A DNA stretch of 52,373 nucleotides, the filler included, from Sphacelaria rigidula (taxonomy: Eukaryota): NCBI GenBank assembly GCA_964200075.2. It is 3 parts of 3 records of this genome, joined end to end, with 100 filler letters (N's around TTAATTAATTAA, not from the genome) between each part and the next. Parts side by side here need not be neighbours in the genome. Positions count along the whole stretch, not along the records: positions 1 to 17,408 come from CAXNAA020001093.1; 2 more parts are not named here. One strand, 5' to 3'. The position numbers and the translations under genes are program-made. Under the pieces are notes generated by a model. It saw nothing but the letters and a program-made list of their open reading frames with translations. It was not told the origin of the DNA and did no database searches. The number at the start of each line of letters is the position of its first letter. Within the stretch, counting starts at the first letter, position 1. Shown piece by piece: positions 1 to 8,967 of the stretch.

Positions 1-1190
1 ATGTCGTTGCTTGAGGGGTTCCTACCACTTACAATTGTCACAGTTGCCAAACTCACCACTTACAATATCGCACATGTCGTTGCTTGAGGGTTGTTGGAGC
101 TTACACTTGTCACATTTGCCAAACATGACGCACATGTCGTTGCTCAAGGGTTATTCTGCTATACATGTCGCACGTGCCGTTGCTCAGGGGTTCTTCTGGC
201 ATACCATTGTCACAGATGCCAAACATGTCGCACATGTCGTTGCTCGAGGGTTCTTGGAGCTTACACTTGTCACATTTGCCAATCATGTCGCACATGTCGT
301 TTCTCAGGGGTTCTTCACCATTGTCGCAAAAGCCAAACATGTCGCACGTGCCGTTGCTCAGGGGTTCCTCTGGCATACCATTGTCACAGATGCCAAACAT
401 GTCGCACATGTCGTTGCTCAGGGGTTCCTACCACTTACAATTGTTACACTTGCCAAACATATCGCACATGTCGTTGCTTGAGGGGTTCCTACCACTTACA
501 ATTGTCACAGTTGCCAAACTCACCACTTACAATATCGCACATGTCGTTGCTTGAGGGTTGTTGGAGCTTACACTTGTCACATTTGCCAAACATGTCGCAC
601 ATGTCGTTTCTCAGGGGTTCTTCTGCTATACATGTCGCACGTGTCGTTGCTCAGGGTATCTTCTGGTATACCATTGTCACACCATTGCCAAACATGACGC
701 ACGTGTCGTTGCTTGAGGGTTCTTGGAGCTTACACTTGTCACATTTGTCAAACATGTCGCACATGTCGTTGCTCAGGGGTTCTTCTGCTATACCATTGTC
801 GCAAAAGCCAAACATGTCGCACGTGCCGTTGCTCAGGGGTTCCTACCACTTACAATTGTCACACTTGCCAAACTCACCACTTACAATATCGCACATGTCG
901 TTGCTTGAGGGTTCTTGGAGCTTACACTTGTCACATTTGCCAAACATGACGCACATGTCGTTGCTCAGGGGTTCTTCTGGTATACCATTGTCACAGATGC
1001 CAAACATGTCGCACATGTCGTTGCTCAGGGGTTCTTATCACTCACAATTGTCACAGTTGCCAAACATATCGCACATGTCGTTGCTTGAGGGTTCTTCTGG
1101 TATACCATTCTCACAGTTGCAAAACATTTCGCACATGTCATCGCTTAGGGTTCAACGGGTTAATGTCGCGCATGTCGTTCCTTGAACCCT
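1..1190 (+). repeat. Mosaic tandem array, about 21 units of mostly 60 bp, with core CATGTCGCACATGTCGTTGCT(C/T)(A/G)GGG(G)TTC
   Basis: The core recurs at ~3, 76, 136, 176, 236, 296, 349, 410, 470, 543, 603, 643, 705, 765, 825, 897, 957, 1017, 1077, 1137 and 1173. Each is followed by one of about four related variable segments ending in GCCAAA. Confidence 0.95.
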
Positions 1191-1236
1191 CCTCAGGAGA
1201 CTTCTTCGGGCCCAACTTGTCAAGAAATGATATTAG

Positions 1237-1281
1237 AATTAAAGATCCATCAAACCAAAATTGGCGTTTTAAAAAATACTT
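1237..1281. repeat. Shared downstream module, copy 1 (AATTAAAGATCCrTCAAACCAA..TTGGCGTTTTAAAAAA)
   Basis: Near-identical to 1980-2022. Each copy lies just 3' of a minus-strand small gene. Confidence 0.85.
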
Positions 1282-1316
1282 CAAAGAAACCCTAAGAATA
1301 CCCAACCCTACATAGC

Positions 1317-1811
1317 TCACTCATCATCCGAAGAAATGTATTCGTCGTGAACGTTGTCGTTGACTTGGCTGCTGTTGTTCACAGGCGCGACTTCCTTCAC
1401 AACGACCTCAACACCTCGGCCAGACGCCGACGTCACGCCGAGCCGGGCCTCGATCCCACAAACACACCAAAACGGCCGGGTGTAGCACCCCAAGTGGACA
1501 ATGCGAATCTTCGAGCACGCGCAGTCGTACGAAACAATCGCCATGTTCGACTCCCCAACGCTTTCACGCAAGTCAGTCCGACAGATCATGCACGCCTCGG
1601 ACCGCATCGTCTCCACAAAAGCGTCGAACTTCTTCTCTTTCTCGAAGGCTTCCATGAGTTCCGCCAACTCCGATTTGGACGTACGAAGGAAACCCTCGTA
1701 GCACGCAATCTTCTTTTTAACGGCACCAATCTGATCCTTCAAAGGGCGTTTACATGACGGAGAAGTCTTGCCCTTGCCCTTGCCCTTTGGAGGAGTAGCA
1801 GACGAAGACAT
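1317..1811 (-). CDS. Coiled-coil plus RING-variant (C4HC3-like) zinc-finger protein, putative E3 ligase
   Basis: ORF 1317-1901, with likely start ATG at 1811 (MSSSATPPKGKG). Motif CMIC-x19-CAC-x6-HLGC-x6-CVC resembles RING-CH/RINGv with shortened C-terminal spacing. Confidence 0.65.
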   Translation of the reverse strand: MSSSATPPKGKGKGKTSPSCKRPLKDQIGAVKKKIACYEGFLRTSKSELAELMEAFEKEKKFDAFVETMRSEACMICRTDLRESVGESNMAIVSYDCACSKIRIVHLGCYTRPFWCVCGIEARLGVTSASGRGVEVVVKEVAPVNNSSQVNDNVHDEYISSDDE

Positions 1812-1871
1812 ATGTGTTGTCGTGATATAGATGAATGAGAAAAAGAAGACCAATAGGAAGTGAGGACGTGT

Positions 1872-1968
1872 GGGGAGAATACCAAAAAAAATCGGGGGCA
1901 CGGCAGATGGCAGATAAAAATATTTTTATTCTCGGGGTCACCAAAAGAAATATTATTCTGAGGGTCCC
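1872..1968 (-). promoter_or_regulatory. Shared upstream module, copy 1 (putative viral promoter/5' UTR, contains palindrome AAAAATATTTTT)
   Basis: Aligns with 2430-2529: GGGGAGAATACCA..AAATC.GGGCAC.G.AGATGGCAG..AAAAATATTTTT..CTC.GGGTCACCAAAA...AGGGT.CCC. Both copies lie directly upstream of minus-strand ORFs. The promoter role is inferred. Confidence 0.6.
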
Positions 1969-1979
1969 AAGACTTTCAA

Positions 1980-2022
1980 AATTAAAGATCCGTCAAACCA
2001 AGTTTGGCGTTTTAAAAAAACT
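1980..2022. repeat. Shared downstream module, copy 2
   Basis: Near-identical to 1237-1281. Confidence 0.85.
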
Positions 2023-2028
2023 CTCAAG

Positions 2029-2412
2029 CTACACAGGGAGAAAGACGCTCACGAACCCGCCCACCACGTCTCCCTCTTTGGCCTCACGCCCGAAACACTC
2101 GGCGAAATCAGCCAACACTGCAGCGCGGAATTCGCTTTCATCTACGTGCTTCCTGTACAAGCTATCGTGGTCGAATTGTTTGATGTCAAGCAGAGTCTCC
2201 ATCATGTTTTGCATGTCGTCCGTGACAAAGTTCGCGTTCTTGTGGAAGCTCAGGTGGTCACGAAGTACGTCGTGGTCACACAAGTAGGCGATGGGTAGCT
2301 CTTCTTGCTCCTCCATGTCAAGCAGAACGATGATCATCCCGGCGGACTTCTTTTTTGTTGGCATCTTCGTTTCAAGTGACGACGATTGCTTCGAGCGCTT
2401 TGTGGGAGACAT
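2029..2412 (-). CDS. Hypothetical viral protein (~127 aa; basic N-terminus, acidic body)
   Basis: ORF 2029-2445, with likely ATG at 2412 (MSPTKRSKQ). Protein-like composition and the same flanking modules as the RING gene. Confidence 0.65.
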   Translation of the reverse strand: MSPTKRSKQSSSLETKMPTKKKSAGMIIVLLDMEEQEELPIAYLCDHDVLRDHLSFHKNANFVTDDMQNMMETLLDIKQFDHDSLYRKHVDESEFRAAVLADFAECFGREAKEGDVVGGFVSVFLPV

Positions 2413-2429
2413 GGGGGAAGTGTCCAAGC

Positions 2430-2529
2430 GGGGAGAATACCACAAAGAAATCCGGGCACTGTAGATGGCAGGGAAAAAAAAATATTTTTCTCAGGGTCAC
2501 CAAAAATGTATTTTTTTCGCAGGGTTCCC
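2430..2529 (-). promoter_or_regulatory. Shared upstream module, copy 2
   Basis: Homologous to 1872-1968. Confidence 0.6.
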
Positions 2530-2689
2530 GCACTCCCTCTTTCTCTCCGTTGTTGTATACACAGGATTCTCCTCCCGGGACAGCATCCACCGTGTTGACA
2601 TCTGTGTTGTTCGGGTTCCGTGTTGTTTGTCATCTGCGTTGTTTTCGACGTCCTTGGTGCCTCGGCGGAAAGAATATTTTTTCCCACCG

Positions 2690-3925
2690 ACACATGATTT
2701 TTTCGCTGTATGTGCCTCCTCGTATCTCGGCGTAGAGGTGTCGCCTGCTCACGCGCATACCACCACGTGAACGCCCTGAACCCGGAGATGCTCGTGGGTA
2801 TGTTGAAAAAATTCCTAGCACTTTGTTTCGGCGCTCAAAGTGCGTTTTAAATCGCCAACAAACTAAAAAATCCCACTGGGTGATTTGGAGTGACGCACGA
2901 TTTTTTCGCTGTATGCGCATGCTCATATCTCAGCGTAGAGGTGTCGCCTGCTCACGCGCATACCACCACGTGAAAGCCCTGAACCCGTAGATGCTCGTGG
3001 GTGTGTTGAAAAAATTCCTAGCACTTTGTTTCGGCGCTAAAAGTGAATTTCAAGTCCTCAAAAAATGTGGTATACTCGATCTAGGCGGCCACGTGAATAT
3101 GTAAAAAAAAGAACACCCACCCTGTATCAGAATTCCCCACGGGGATTTTTTTGTCGCCGATTCCCTCACTCCGTTTTCTTCTCCCTTGTTGTCCAGACAG
3201 AGTTCGCCACGCGCTGCTTCTACTACACCTGCACAGCTCATCACGAGTACCAAGGTGAGTCAGCGTGGTGGTCTGCGTGGTGGTCTGCGTTGTGCTCTGC
3301 GTTGTGCTTTGCGTTGTCTTTGGTGTCTGCCCTTGACGGAAAAAATATTTTTCCCGCCGGCGCGTTTTTTCCACCGACTTTCTGTTTGATGCGCATGCTC
3401 ATATCTTGGCGTAGAGGTGTCGTCTGCTCACGCGCATACCACAACGTGAAAGCCCTTGACCAGTAGATGCTCGTGGGTATGTTGGAAAAATTCCTAGCCC
3501 CTTGTTCCGACGTGAAAACTCCAATTCAAATCGCGAAAATTTTTGAAATCCCACTTGGTGTATTTTTGAGTGACGCACGATTATTTTTGCTGTATGCGGC
3601 GTGCTCATATCATGGCGTAGAGGTGTTGTCTGCTCACGCGCATACCACCACGTGAAAGCCCTTGACCAGTAGATGCTCATGGGTACGTTGGAAAAATTCC
3701 TAGCCCCTTGTTCCGGCGTGAAAACTCCAATTCAAATCACGAAAAATTTTGAAATCCCACTTGGTGTATTTTTGAGTGACGCACGATTGTTTTTGCTGTA
3801 TGCGCGTGCTCATATCTTGGCGTAGAGGTGTTGTCTGCTCACGCGCATACCACCACGTGAAAGCCCTGGACTAGTAGATGCTCATGGGTATGTTGGAAAA
3901 GTTCCTAGCCTTTCGTTCCGGCGTG
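2690..3925 (+). repeat. Five copies of a ~203-206-bp unit in two clusters (2 + 3)
   Basis: Anchor CGTAGAGGTGT.G.CTGCTCACGCGCATACCAC.ACGTGAA at 2731, 2934, 3410, 3616 and 3821. Each cluster is preceded by a related leader (~2510-2690 and ~3140-3380). Confidence 0.95.
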
Positions 3926-3971
3926 CACACTGCATTTTGAAATACGTCAAAACCCTTTTTGCTGCTGACAG

Positions 3972-4550
3972 ATGGACATGGCAAAGCCGGCTGATTTTAG
4001 CGACATCTTTTCGGGCGATGCCGGCGACATCGAAAAGCTCAACCTTTCTCCGCTTCTTGGTGATGAGGCGCTGTTCGGCGAGTTCGACGACGATTTGCTT
4101 GGTTGGTGTAACGAGTTGTTTTCGGTTTCTGATTTGGAAGGCAAGTCTGAGTTAAAGAAGTCGGAGTTGAAGAAGTCTGAGTCTGAGTCCGAAAAGTCTG
4201 TTAAGTCTTAGACGTCGGATAAGTCTGTAAAGTCTGAGAAGTCGGAGAAGTCTGAGTCTGAGTCGGACATGGAGGTTTACATGCAGCAGTGGGACGAAGT
4301 AATCGACGTTGACCAGAGTGACACGGAGGCTGAGGTAGACGCGAGCGACACGGAGCTTGAAGTAGACGCGAGTGACACAGAGCTTGAAGTAGACGCGTCT
4401 GGTTATACCGGTGGCTCGGACGAGTCTGAGTCCGAGTCCGAGTCCGAGCCTACGTCCGAGTCCGAGTCGGAGTACGAGTACGAGTCTGAATCCGATGACG
4501 ACTCTGATTCCGATGACGGAATGCCTGTCCGAAAGAAGCAGTGTGTGTAG
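3972..4550 (+). pseudogene. Highly acidic low-complexity protein split by one in-frame TAG (4209-4211)
   Basis: ORFs 3972-4211 and 4269-4550 share a frame. The KSE/SE repeat coding continues straight through the TAG. Ends in the basic tail PVRKKQCV. Confidence 0.6.
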
Positions 4551-4659
4551 TTTGCTTTTTGTTGTAGTTTTGGGATACCGTTTTGGTGTTTTGAAAAATA
4601 TAATTAATAAATCGAAGAAACACATTGTCTCGGCGACTTTTGTCTCTCTCGGGAAATCA

Positions 4660-5130
4660 CAAAGAGAAGTCCCACACGGCGACAAGTCCCACACGGCGCC
4701 TCTTTCGTCACAAACAAGAAGTCCCACATGGCGACAAGTCCCACACGGCAGAAGTCCCACACGGGTCACAAACTTGAAGTATTTCCACACGGCGACTGGT
4801 GTCCCACACGGCGACTCTTTCGACTTGTGTCACAAATTTTTGTCTTTCTCGAGAAGTCCCACACGGCGACTTTTGACTCTCACGGGAAGTCACACATGCC
4901 CGTTTCATATGAACGTCTCAGCCGTTGCCAAGGACGTCTCAAAATGTACCCCTGGACATGCCTTGCGTTGTAAAAGACGTGTCATGGTCCCACACGGCGG
5001 CTTTTGTCTCTTTGGGGAAGTCCAACACGGCGACTTGTGTCACTAACGGGAAGCCCCACACATGGACTTTTGTCTCACAGGAAGTCCGACACGGCGACTT
5101 CTGTTCAACACGGGAAGTCCCTCCCACAAC
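4660..5130 (+). repeat. Array of ~14 copies of the 17-bp motif AAGTCCCACACGGCGAC with variable spacing
   Basis: Copies near 4668, 4685, 4719, 4736, 4752, 4783, 4800, 4854, 4887, 4986, 5018, 5051, 5082 and 5115, in the gap between two convergent genes. Confidence 0.9.
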
Positions 5131-5151
5131 GGGGTTGCTCTGTTCACATGA

Positions 5152-6912
5152 TTATCTTGTTATCTTCATACAAGCCTGGATCGAACACAGCAAGTCATGC
5201 TCCGTGTAGGGTTTGGTGACGACAAACTTCATGCTGTGTTTTAAACACTTCTCCCTCACGTCCGGGCTGACGCTCGCAGTCACGGCGACGACTGGAACGG
5301 GCTCAAGACCCAACCTTTCGCATTCGCCATGAATCTTCAAGGTAGCAGCGAACCCATCGATCACAGGCATGAGACAATCCATTAGGACAAGCTGAAAGTC
5401 TCCGTTGTATTCTGTGAACTTGCTCAAGGCGTCCAATCCATCTACAGCCTCAACGATGTCTGTGTAGTTTACTCCCATATTCTTGAGCGACTCAAGTCTC
5501 CTGGACAGGATTTGCCTGTTGGTAACCATGTCGTCAACTATGAGAATCCTTAGACTTTGCGTTGCTTTTTCATGAGGCAGCTCTTTCAGTGTGGACGTGA
5601 AGAGCATGGTCGTCCCTGATTCTGACGACTTCTCAATTTCTACGTCACCGCCCATCATGATCGACAGTCTCCTTGCGAGAGTCAGGCCTATGCCAGCGCC
5701 TTGCATGGTCATGTCTCCTTGGACAAACTCCTGGAATGCTTTCTGCTGAAATTCTTCGGGTATACCCAAGCCTTCGTCGACAATTCTCACTTCGTACAGG
5801 TGATCGTCGAAGTTGTAGTCGGCGTCAATAGTGACAGTTCCCGAGTCGGAGTATTTGATGGCGTTGTTCAGTAGGTTGTCCATGACTTGGTTGAACTTGA
5901 CCAAGTCGAGTAGAACCGATTCGGGTAAATATCCTGTAGACAATCTGAGCCGAATACCTTTCTTCTTCGCCGAGAGTCGGTGCCTCTTGTTGCAGTCACT
6001 AAAAACGGACTCAAGATCGTGAGGCTTCTCGTCTAGCTTTTCGAAAGTTTGGGATTCACCAAGGCCGAGAATGTCGTCCGTGAGGGATATGAGCTGCTGG
6101 CACGTTTGCGAGATGACTTTCGTGCTTGCTGTCTTTGATTTGTTCTCCAGAAGCTCACACTCGTTTAAAATGGTGCACAAAGGAGACCTTATCTCGTGTG
6201 ACATTCTTGCAATGAACACAGATTGAGCTTTCACGGCATCCTTCTTGACAATGTCCGTGACATCTGTGTGTGTACCGATAACCTTCCACGCCTTGCCATC
6301 GGGCATCCAGTCCACAACAGTTCCCCTACAGAGGACGAAAACTTCACGGCCTTCCTTGTGCACGTATCTGACGGTCGCATGGTACGGCTCTTTCCCCCTC
6401 GATTCGACGTGCCTCTGGAACATCTTGACGACCACTTCTTTGTCGCCTGGATTGATCAGAGACATCCACGACATGGGGCTCTCTTCCATGTCCGACTGAT
6501 CGTATCCCAGTATATCCCAAAATCTCTGCGACATGAACTCGAAGTTCATACACGGGAACCACTCCCATACACCGTCGGACGTCAGGTCCGTGAGTCTCAC
6601 AAGATCCGAGGTCTGGTTCCAAGTTTTCGTGTGGGCTGGAAATACCTCGACGACAAAAATGCCCTCCTCGACCTCCTTCATTTTCCTCATGCGGCAAGGG
6701 ATTCCCGACAGATTTGCAAATACCTCGTCTTCGGATGTAGTGATGACAACCAAGTTATCTATCGACGCCGATCCTACCCTCTCTTTCATGGATTCGTTGA
6801 ACTTGACGAAAGTAGCGCAAGTACTATCGTAGATAGCCATGAATTGAGAAGATCGCCAGAATATGTCGTAGTAAACATCTGTCAGGTATTTACTTGTCGT
6901 GGAACAGCTCAT
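5152..6912 (-). CDS. Hybrid sensor histidine kinase (PAS-PAC, HisKA, HATPase_c, receiver)
   Basis: PAS/PAC (DGVWEW...FWDILGY...INPGD...GTHTDVT), H-box SHEIRSPL, N-box NLLNNAIKY, G boxes DEGLGIP and GAGIGLTL, receiver ILIVDD...LMDCLMPVIDG...TKP. Likely start ATG at 6912; the ORF track gives 6960. Confidence 0.95.
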   Translation of the reverse strand: MSCSTTSKYLTDVYYDIFWRSSQFMAIYDSTCATFVKFNESMKERVGSASIDNLVVITTSEDEVFANLSGIPCRMRKMKEVEEGIFVVEVFPAHTKTWNQTSDLVRLTDLTSDGVWEWFPCMNFEFMSQRFWDILGYDQSDMEESPMSWMSLINPGDKEVVVKMFQRHVESRGKEPYHATVRYVHKEGREVFVLCRGTVVDWMPDGKAWKVIGTHTDVTDIVKKDAVKAQSVFIARMSHEIRSPLCTILNECELLENKSKTASTKVISQTCQQLISLTDDILGLGESQTFEKLDEKPHDLESVFSDCNKRHRLSAKKKGIRLRLSTGYLPESVLLDLVKFNQVMDNLLNNAIKYSDSGTVTIDADYNFDDHLYEVRIVDEGLGIPEEFQQKAFQEFVQGDMTMQGAGIGLTLARRLSIMMGGDVEIEKSSESGTTMLFTSTLKELPHEKATQSLRILIVDDMVTNRQILSRRLESLKNMGVNYTDIVEAVDGLDALSKFTEYNGDFQLVLMDCLMPVIDGFAATLKIHGECERLGLEPVPVVAVTASVSPDVREKCLKHSMKFVVTKPYTEHDLLCSIQACMKITR

Positions 6913-6956
6913 CGTGGAGCAGTTGTACTTGACCAAATAAAAAAAACACGGCTCTC

Positions 6957-7154
6957 TCACTCAGGCAAAGTCACCACACAAATCCCTGTTGTCCCGTGTA
7001 ACTTGTAGCACGAGCTTCCTTCGGGGCATTCACGATCATTTCTACAAATCCAGGGGATTCGATGCTCCTTGGTCTTCACGGTAGTCTTGTGCGCCAGGAA
7101 GGCCGGGTAGGTGGTCATCGCGGAAGTCGCGATCATGTACTGAAACAGACGCAT
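6957..7154 (-). CDS. Small cysteine-rich protein (C-x5-C-x5-C-x9-C)
   Basis: 65 aa with a hydrophobic N-terminus and WICRNDRECPEGSSCYKLHGTTGIC, co-oriented just upstream of the kinase. Confidence 0.5.
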   Translation of the reverse strand: MRLFQYMIATSAMTTYPAFLAHKTTVKTKEHRIPWICRNDRECPEGSSCYKLHGTTGICVVTLPE

Positions 7155-7193
7155 TTCTAGGGTTAGCCGTGATGAGTGAGAGCGTTGTGAGGG

Positions 7194-7388
7194 TCACCTG
7201 TTCTGTATTTCATTAGTCTCCGGACCCATTGTGGACAGTTCAGAACGGTAGTCTTTTAAAAAAAGGCTTCGTGAAAGAGCACCTTCACTTTGATGATCAT
7301 CACCTTGACCAAAAAATGTGGACTTCGCGTTCGAGTTGTTCAAGTTATCGTCTTTTGTGCATGGGATTAGTGAGAGCACGGATCCCAT
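7194..7388 (-). CDS. Small hypothetical protein with an N-myristoylation-like start (MGSVLS..C)
   Basis: 64-aa ORF fitting MGxxxS with a nearby Cys. It is short and has no recognised domain. Confidence 0.3.
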   Translation of the reverse strand: MGSVLSLIPCTKDDNLNNSNAKSTFFGQGDDHQSEGALSRSLFLKDYRSELSTMGPETNEIQNR

Positions 7389-7755
7389 CTTTAGAGTCTA
7401 TTCTATGACTCAATATTTTATGTCTCCATGCGCATAACAACATGGCGGTACCCAGGTCATTTCTGAGGAAGTTTTTCAGGAGACGTCTGCGATATTCGCA
7501 GAGACGTATAATCAGCATATTCAGCACGTCTTTTTCGTGAATCGAACGACAGAACAATCAGTCGAAACATGGCCGATCGTGTACTCGTTCCCGACCAACA
7601 GCAAATAATCAAATTTTGGATATGAGTTCTGAAACATTTTTTTATTTACAAATATATTTCTTTTCGAGAACACATTTGTTACTCCGCCCTCCGTCTCCAC
7701 TTTTTACTCGGCGCCCTCGTCCTCACTCCCAAACCCGACTGTCAAAATTGGAAAA

Positions 7756-8967
7756 ATGGCGCAGGCGAAGCAGGCGAAGCAGGCAAAGCAGGCAAAGCAG
7801 GCAAAGCAGGCAAAGCAGGCGAAGCAGGCGAAGCAGTGCCCAGGACTTCTACACGTCATACATGTTTGTCCGGATCAGCTGCCGTGGGTAGAGTCCAAGT
7901 TGGAGTTGCGGGCTTCCTCGGTATCGTTATTTTGGGAGTGTAGGGAGAATTCTTCTCTGGCACTAAGAGTCAGTGTTGACACGCCGGAGAAAATCTTGTG
8001 GAATCCACGTGGCATGCGCATTTCGACACATGTTGCCGGTGTCCGACCCGTCAAGTTGTGCTGGTTGTCCAACCCTTCGACGTTCCACGGAAGATGTCTG
8101 TTCGAACTTCTTGAGAAAGTCAACTGGTCCGACTCCCTAGAGCAGCTAGACATTCAAGGGGCGTGTCCCAAAGACGATTGTAAGTGGCCTAAATCGCTCC
8201 GCACTCTGAAATTTTCGTCAGAGTTTAACGTAAAGATCCAGGAAGTCGTTTGGCCGGACACGTTGACGTCGCTGTACCTGTGTGGAGCTTTCAACCAGCA
8301 CTTGCACAGCGTGAAATTCCCGAGTTCGCTGGTCACGCTGAAGCTCGGGTATGCTTTCGACAAGAATTTAGATTGGGTCGTGTTTCCCGATGGGCTTGAA
8401 GTTCTTGAGGTGGGATGCAAGTTTGATGAGCCGATCGAAGATGTGAAGTGGCCAAGATTCCTGAAGCATCTGCGTTTTAGGTCAGATCTTCTCAGCTTTA
8501 ACCAGCCTCTGTCCCAAGTGGTGTTTCCGGATTCCCTCGAAGTGTTGGAATTGCCGTGCGGGTATAACTCTGACATCGCTGGCGTCAAGTGGCCCGGGCT
8601 GAAGAGAGTCGAGCTGGGTGACAATTTCAACAAACCGATCGTCGGCGTCGAGTGGCCTAAAGGTCTGAAACGACTCGAGTTTGGAAACAGCTTCAACCAG
8701 TGCATTGTTGATGTCAAGTGGCCGCCTTTGACAGAGTTGAAGTTTGGGGGTTCATTCAATACGCCCATTGTTGGCGTGAAGTGGCCGAAGTCTCTGCTAC
8801 GACTCGAGTTTGGGGACCAGTTTAACCAACCCGTCGTTGACGTCGAGTTCCCCCGGTTGAACGAACTCTTGTTTGGAAGGTATTTTCAACAGTCGGTCCA
8901 AGACTTGAAGTTTCCTGAATCGTTAGACATCGTTTTGCTGGGGTCGACTGACGCTTTTGAGCTTTAG
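7756..8967 (+). CDS. FNIP-repeat protein with N-terminal (QAK)8 tract
   Basis: About 11 repeats of 22 aa, type FNQPI.GV.WP..L..LEFG. The 9-bp CAGGC(G/A)AAG repeat lies at 7762-7835. Its stop overlaps the stop of the convergent epimerase gene. Confidence 0.92.
   Translation: MAQAKQAKQAKQAKQAKQAKQAKQAKQCPGLLHVIHVCPDQLPWVESKLELRASSVSLFWECRENSSLALRVSVDTPEKILWNPRGMRISTHVAGVRPVKLCWLSNPSTFHGRCLFELLEKVNWSDSLEQLDIQGACPKDDCKWPKSLRTLKFSSEFNVKIQEVVWPDTLTSLYLCGAFNQHLHSVKFPSSLVTLKLGYAFDKNLDWVVFPDGLEVLEVGCKFDEPIEDVKWPRFLKHLRFRSDLLSFNQPLSQVVFPDSLEVLELPCGYNSDIAGVKWPGLKRVELGDNFNKPIVGVEWPKGLKRLEFGNSFNQCIVDVKWPPLTELKFGGSFNTPIVGVKWPKSLLRLEFGDQFNQPVVDVEFPRLNELLFGRYFQQSVQDLKFPESLDIVLLGSTDAFEL

Noticed and set aside
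1-1190. CRISPR array, or long Cys/His-rich ORFs (11-481, 91-1185)
   Set aside because: The variable segments are reused and related to each other rather than unique spacers, and no cas genes are present. The ORFs change repeat register along their length, as expected for stop-poor non-coding repeats.
4660-5130. CRISPR-like repeat-spacer array and ORFs 4152-4790 and 4411-5046
   Set aside because: The repeat is only 17 bp, spacing is irregular (some copies abut), and the linkers resemble each other. The ORFs are shadows of repeats.
6223-7008. Antisense ORFs overlapping the kinase (and similar ones over the FNIP, epimerase, recombinase and Myb genes)
   Set aside because: They are shadow frames of well-supported genes on the opposite strand.
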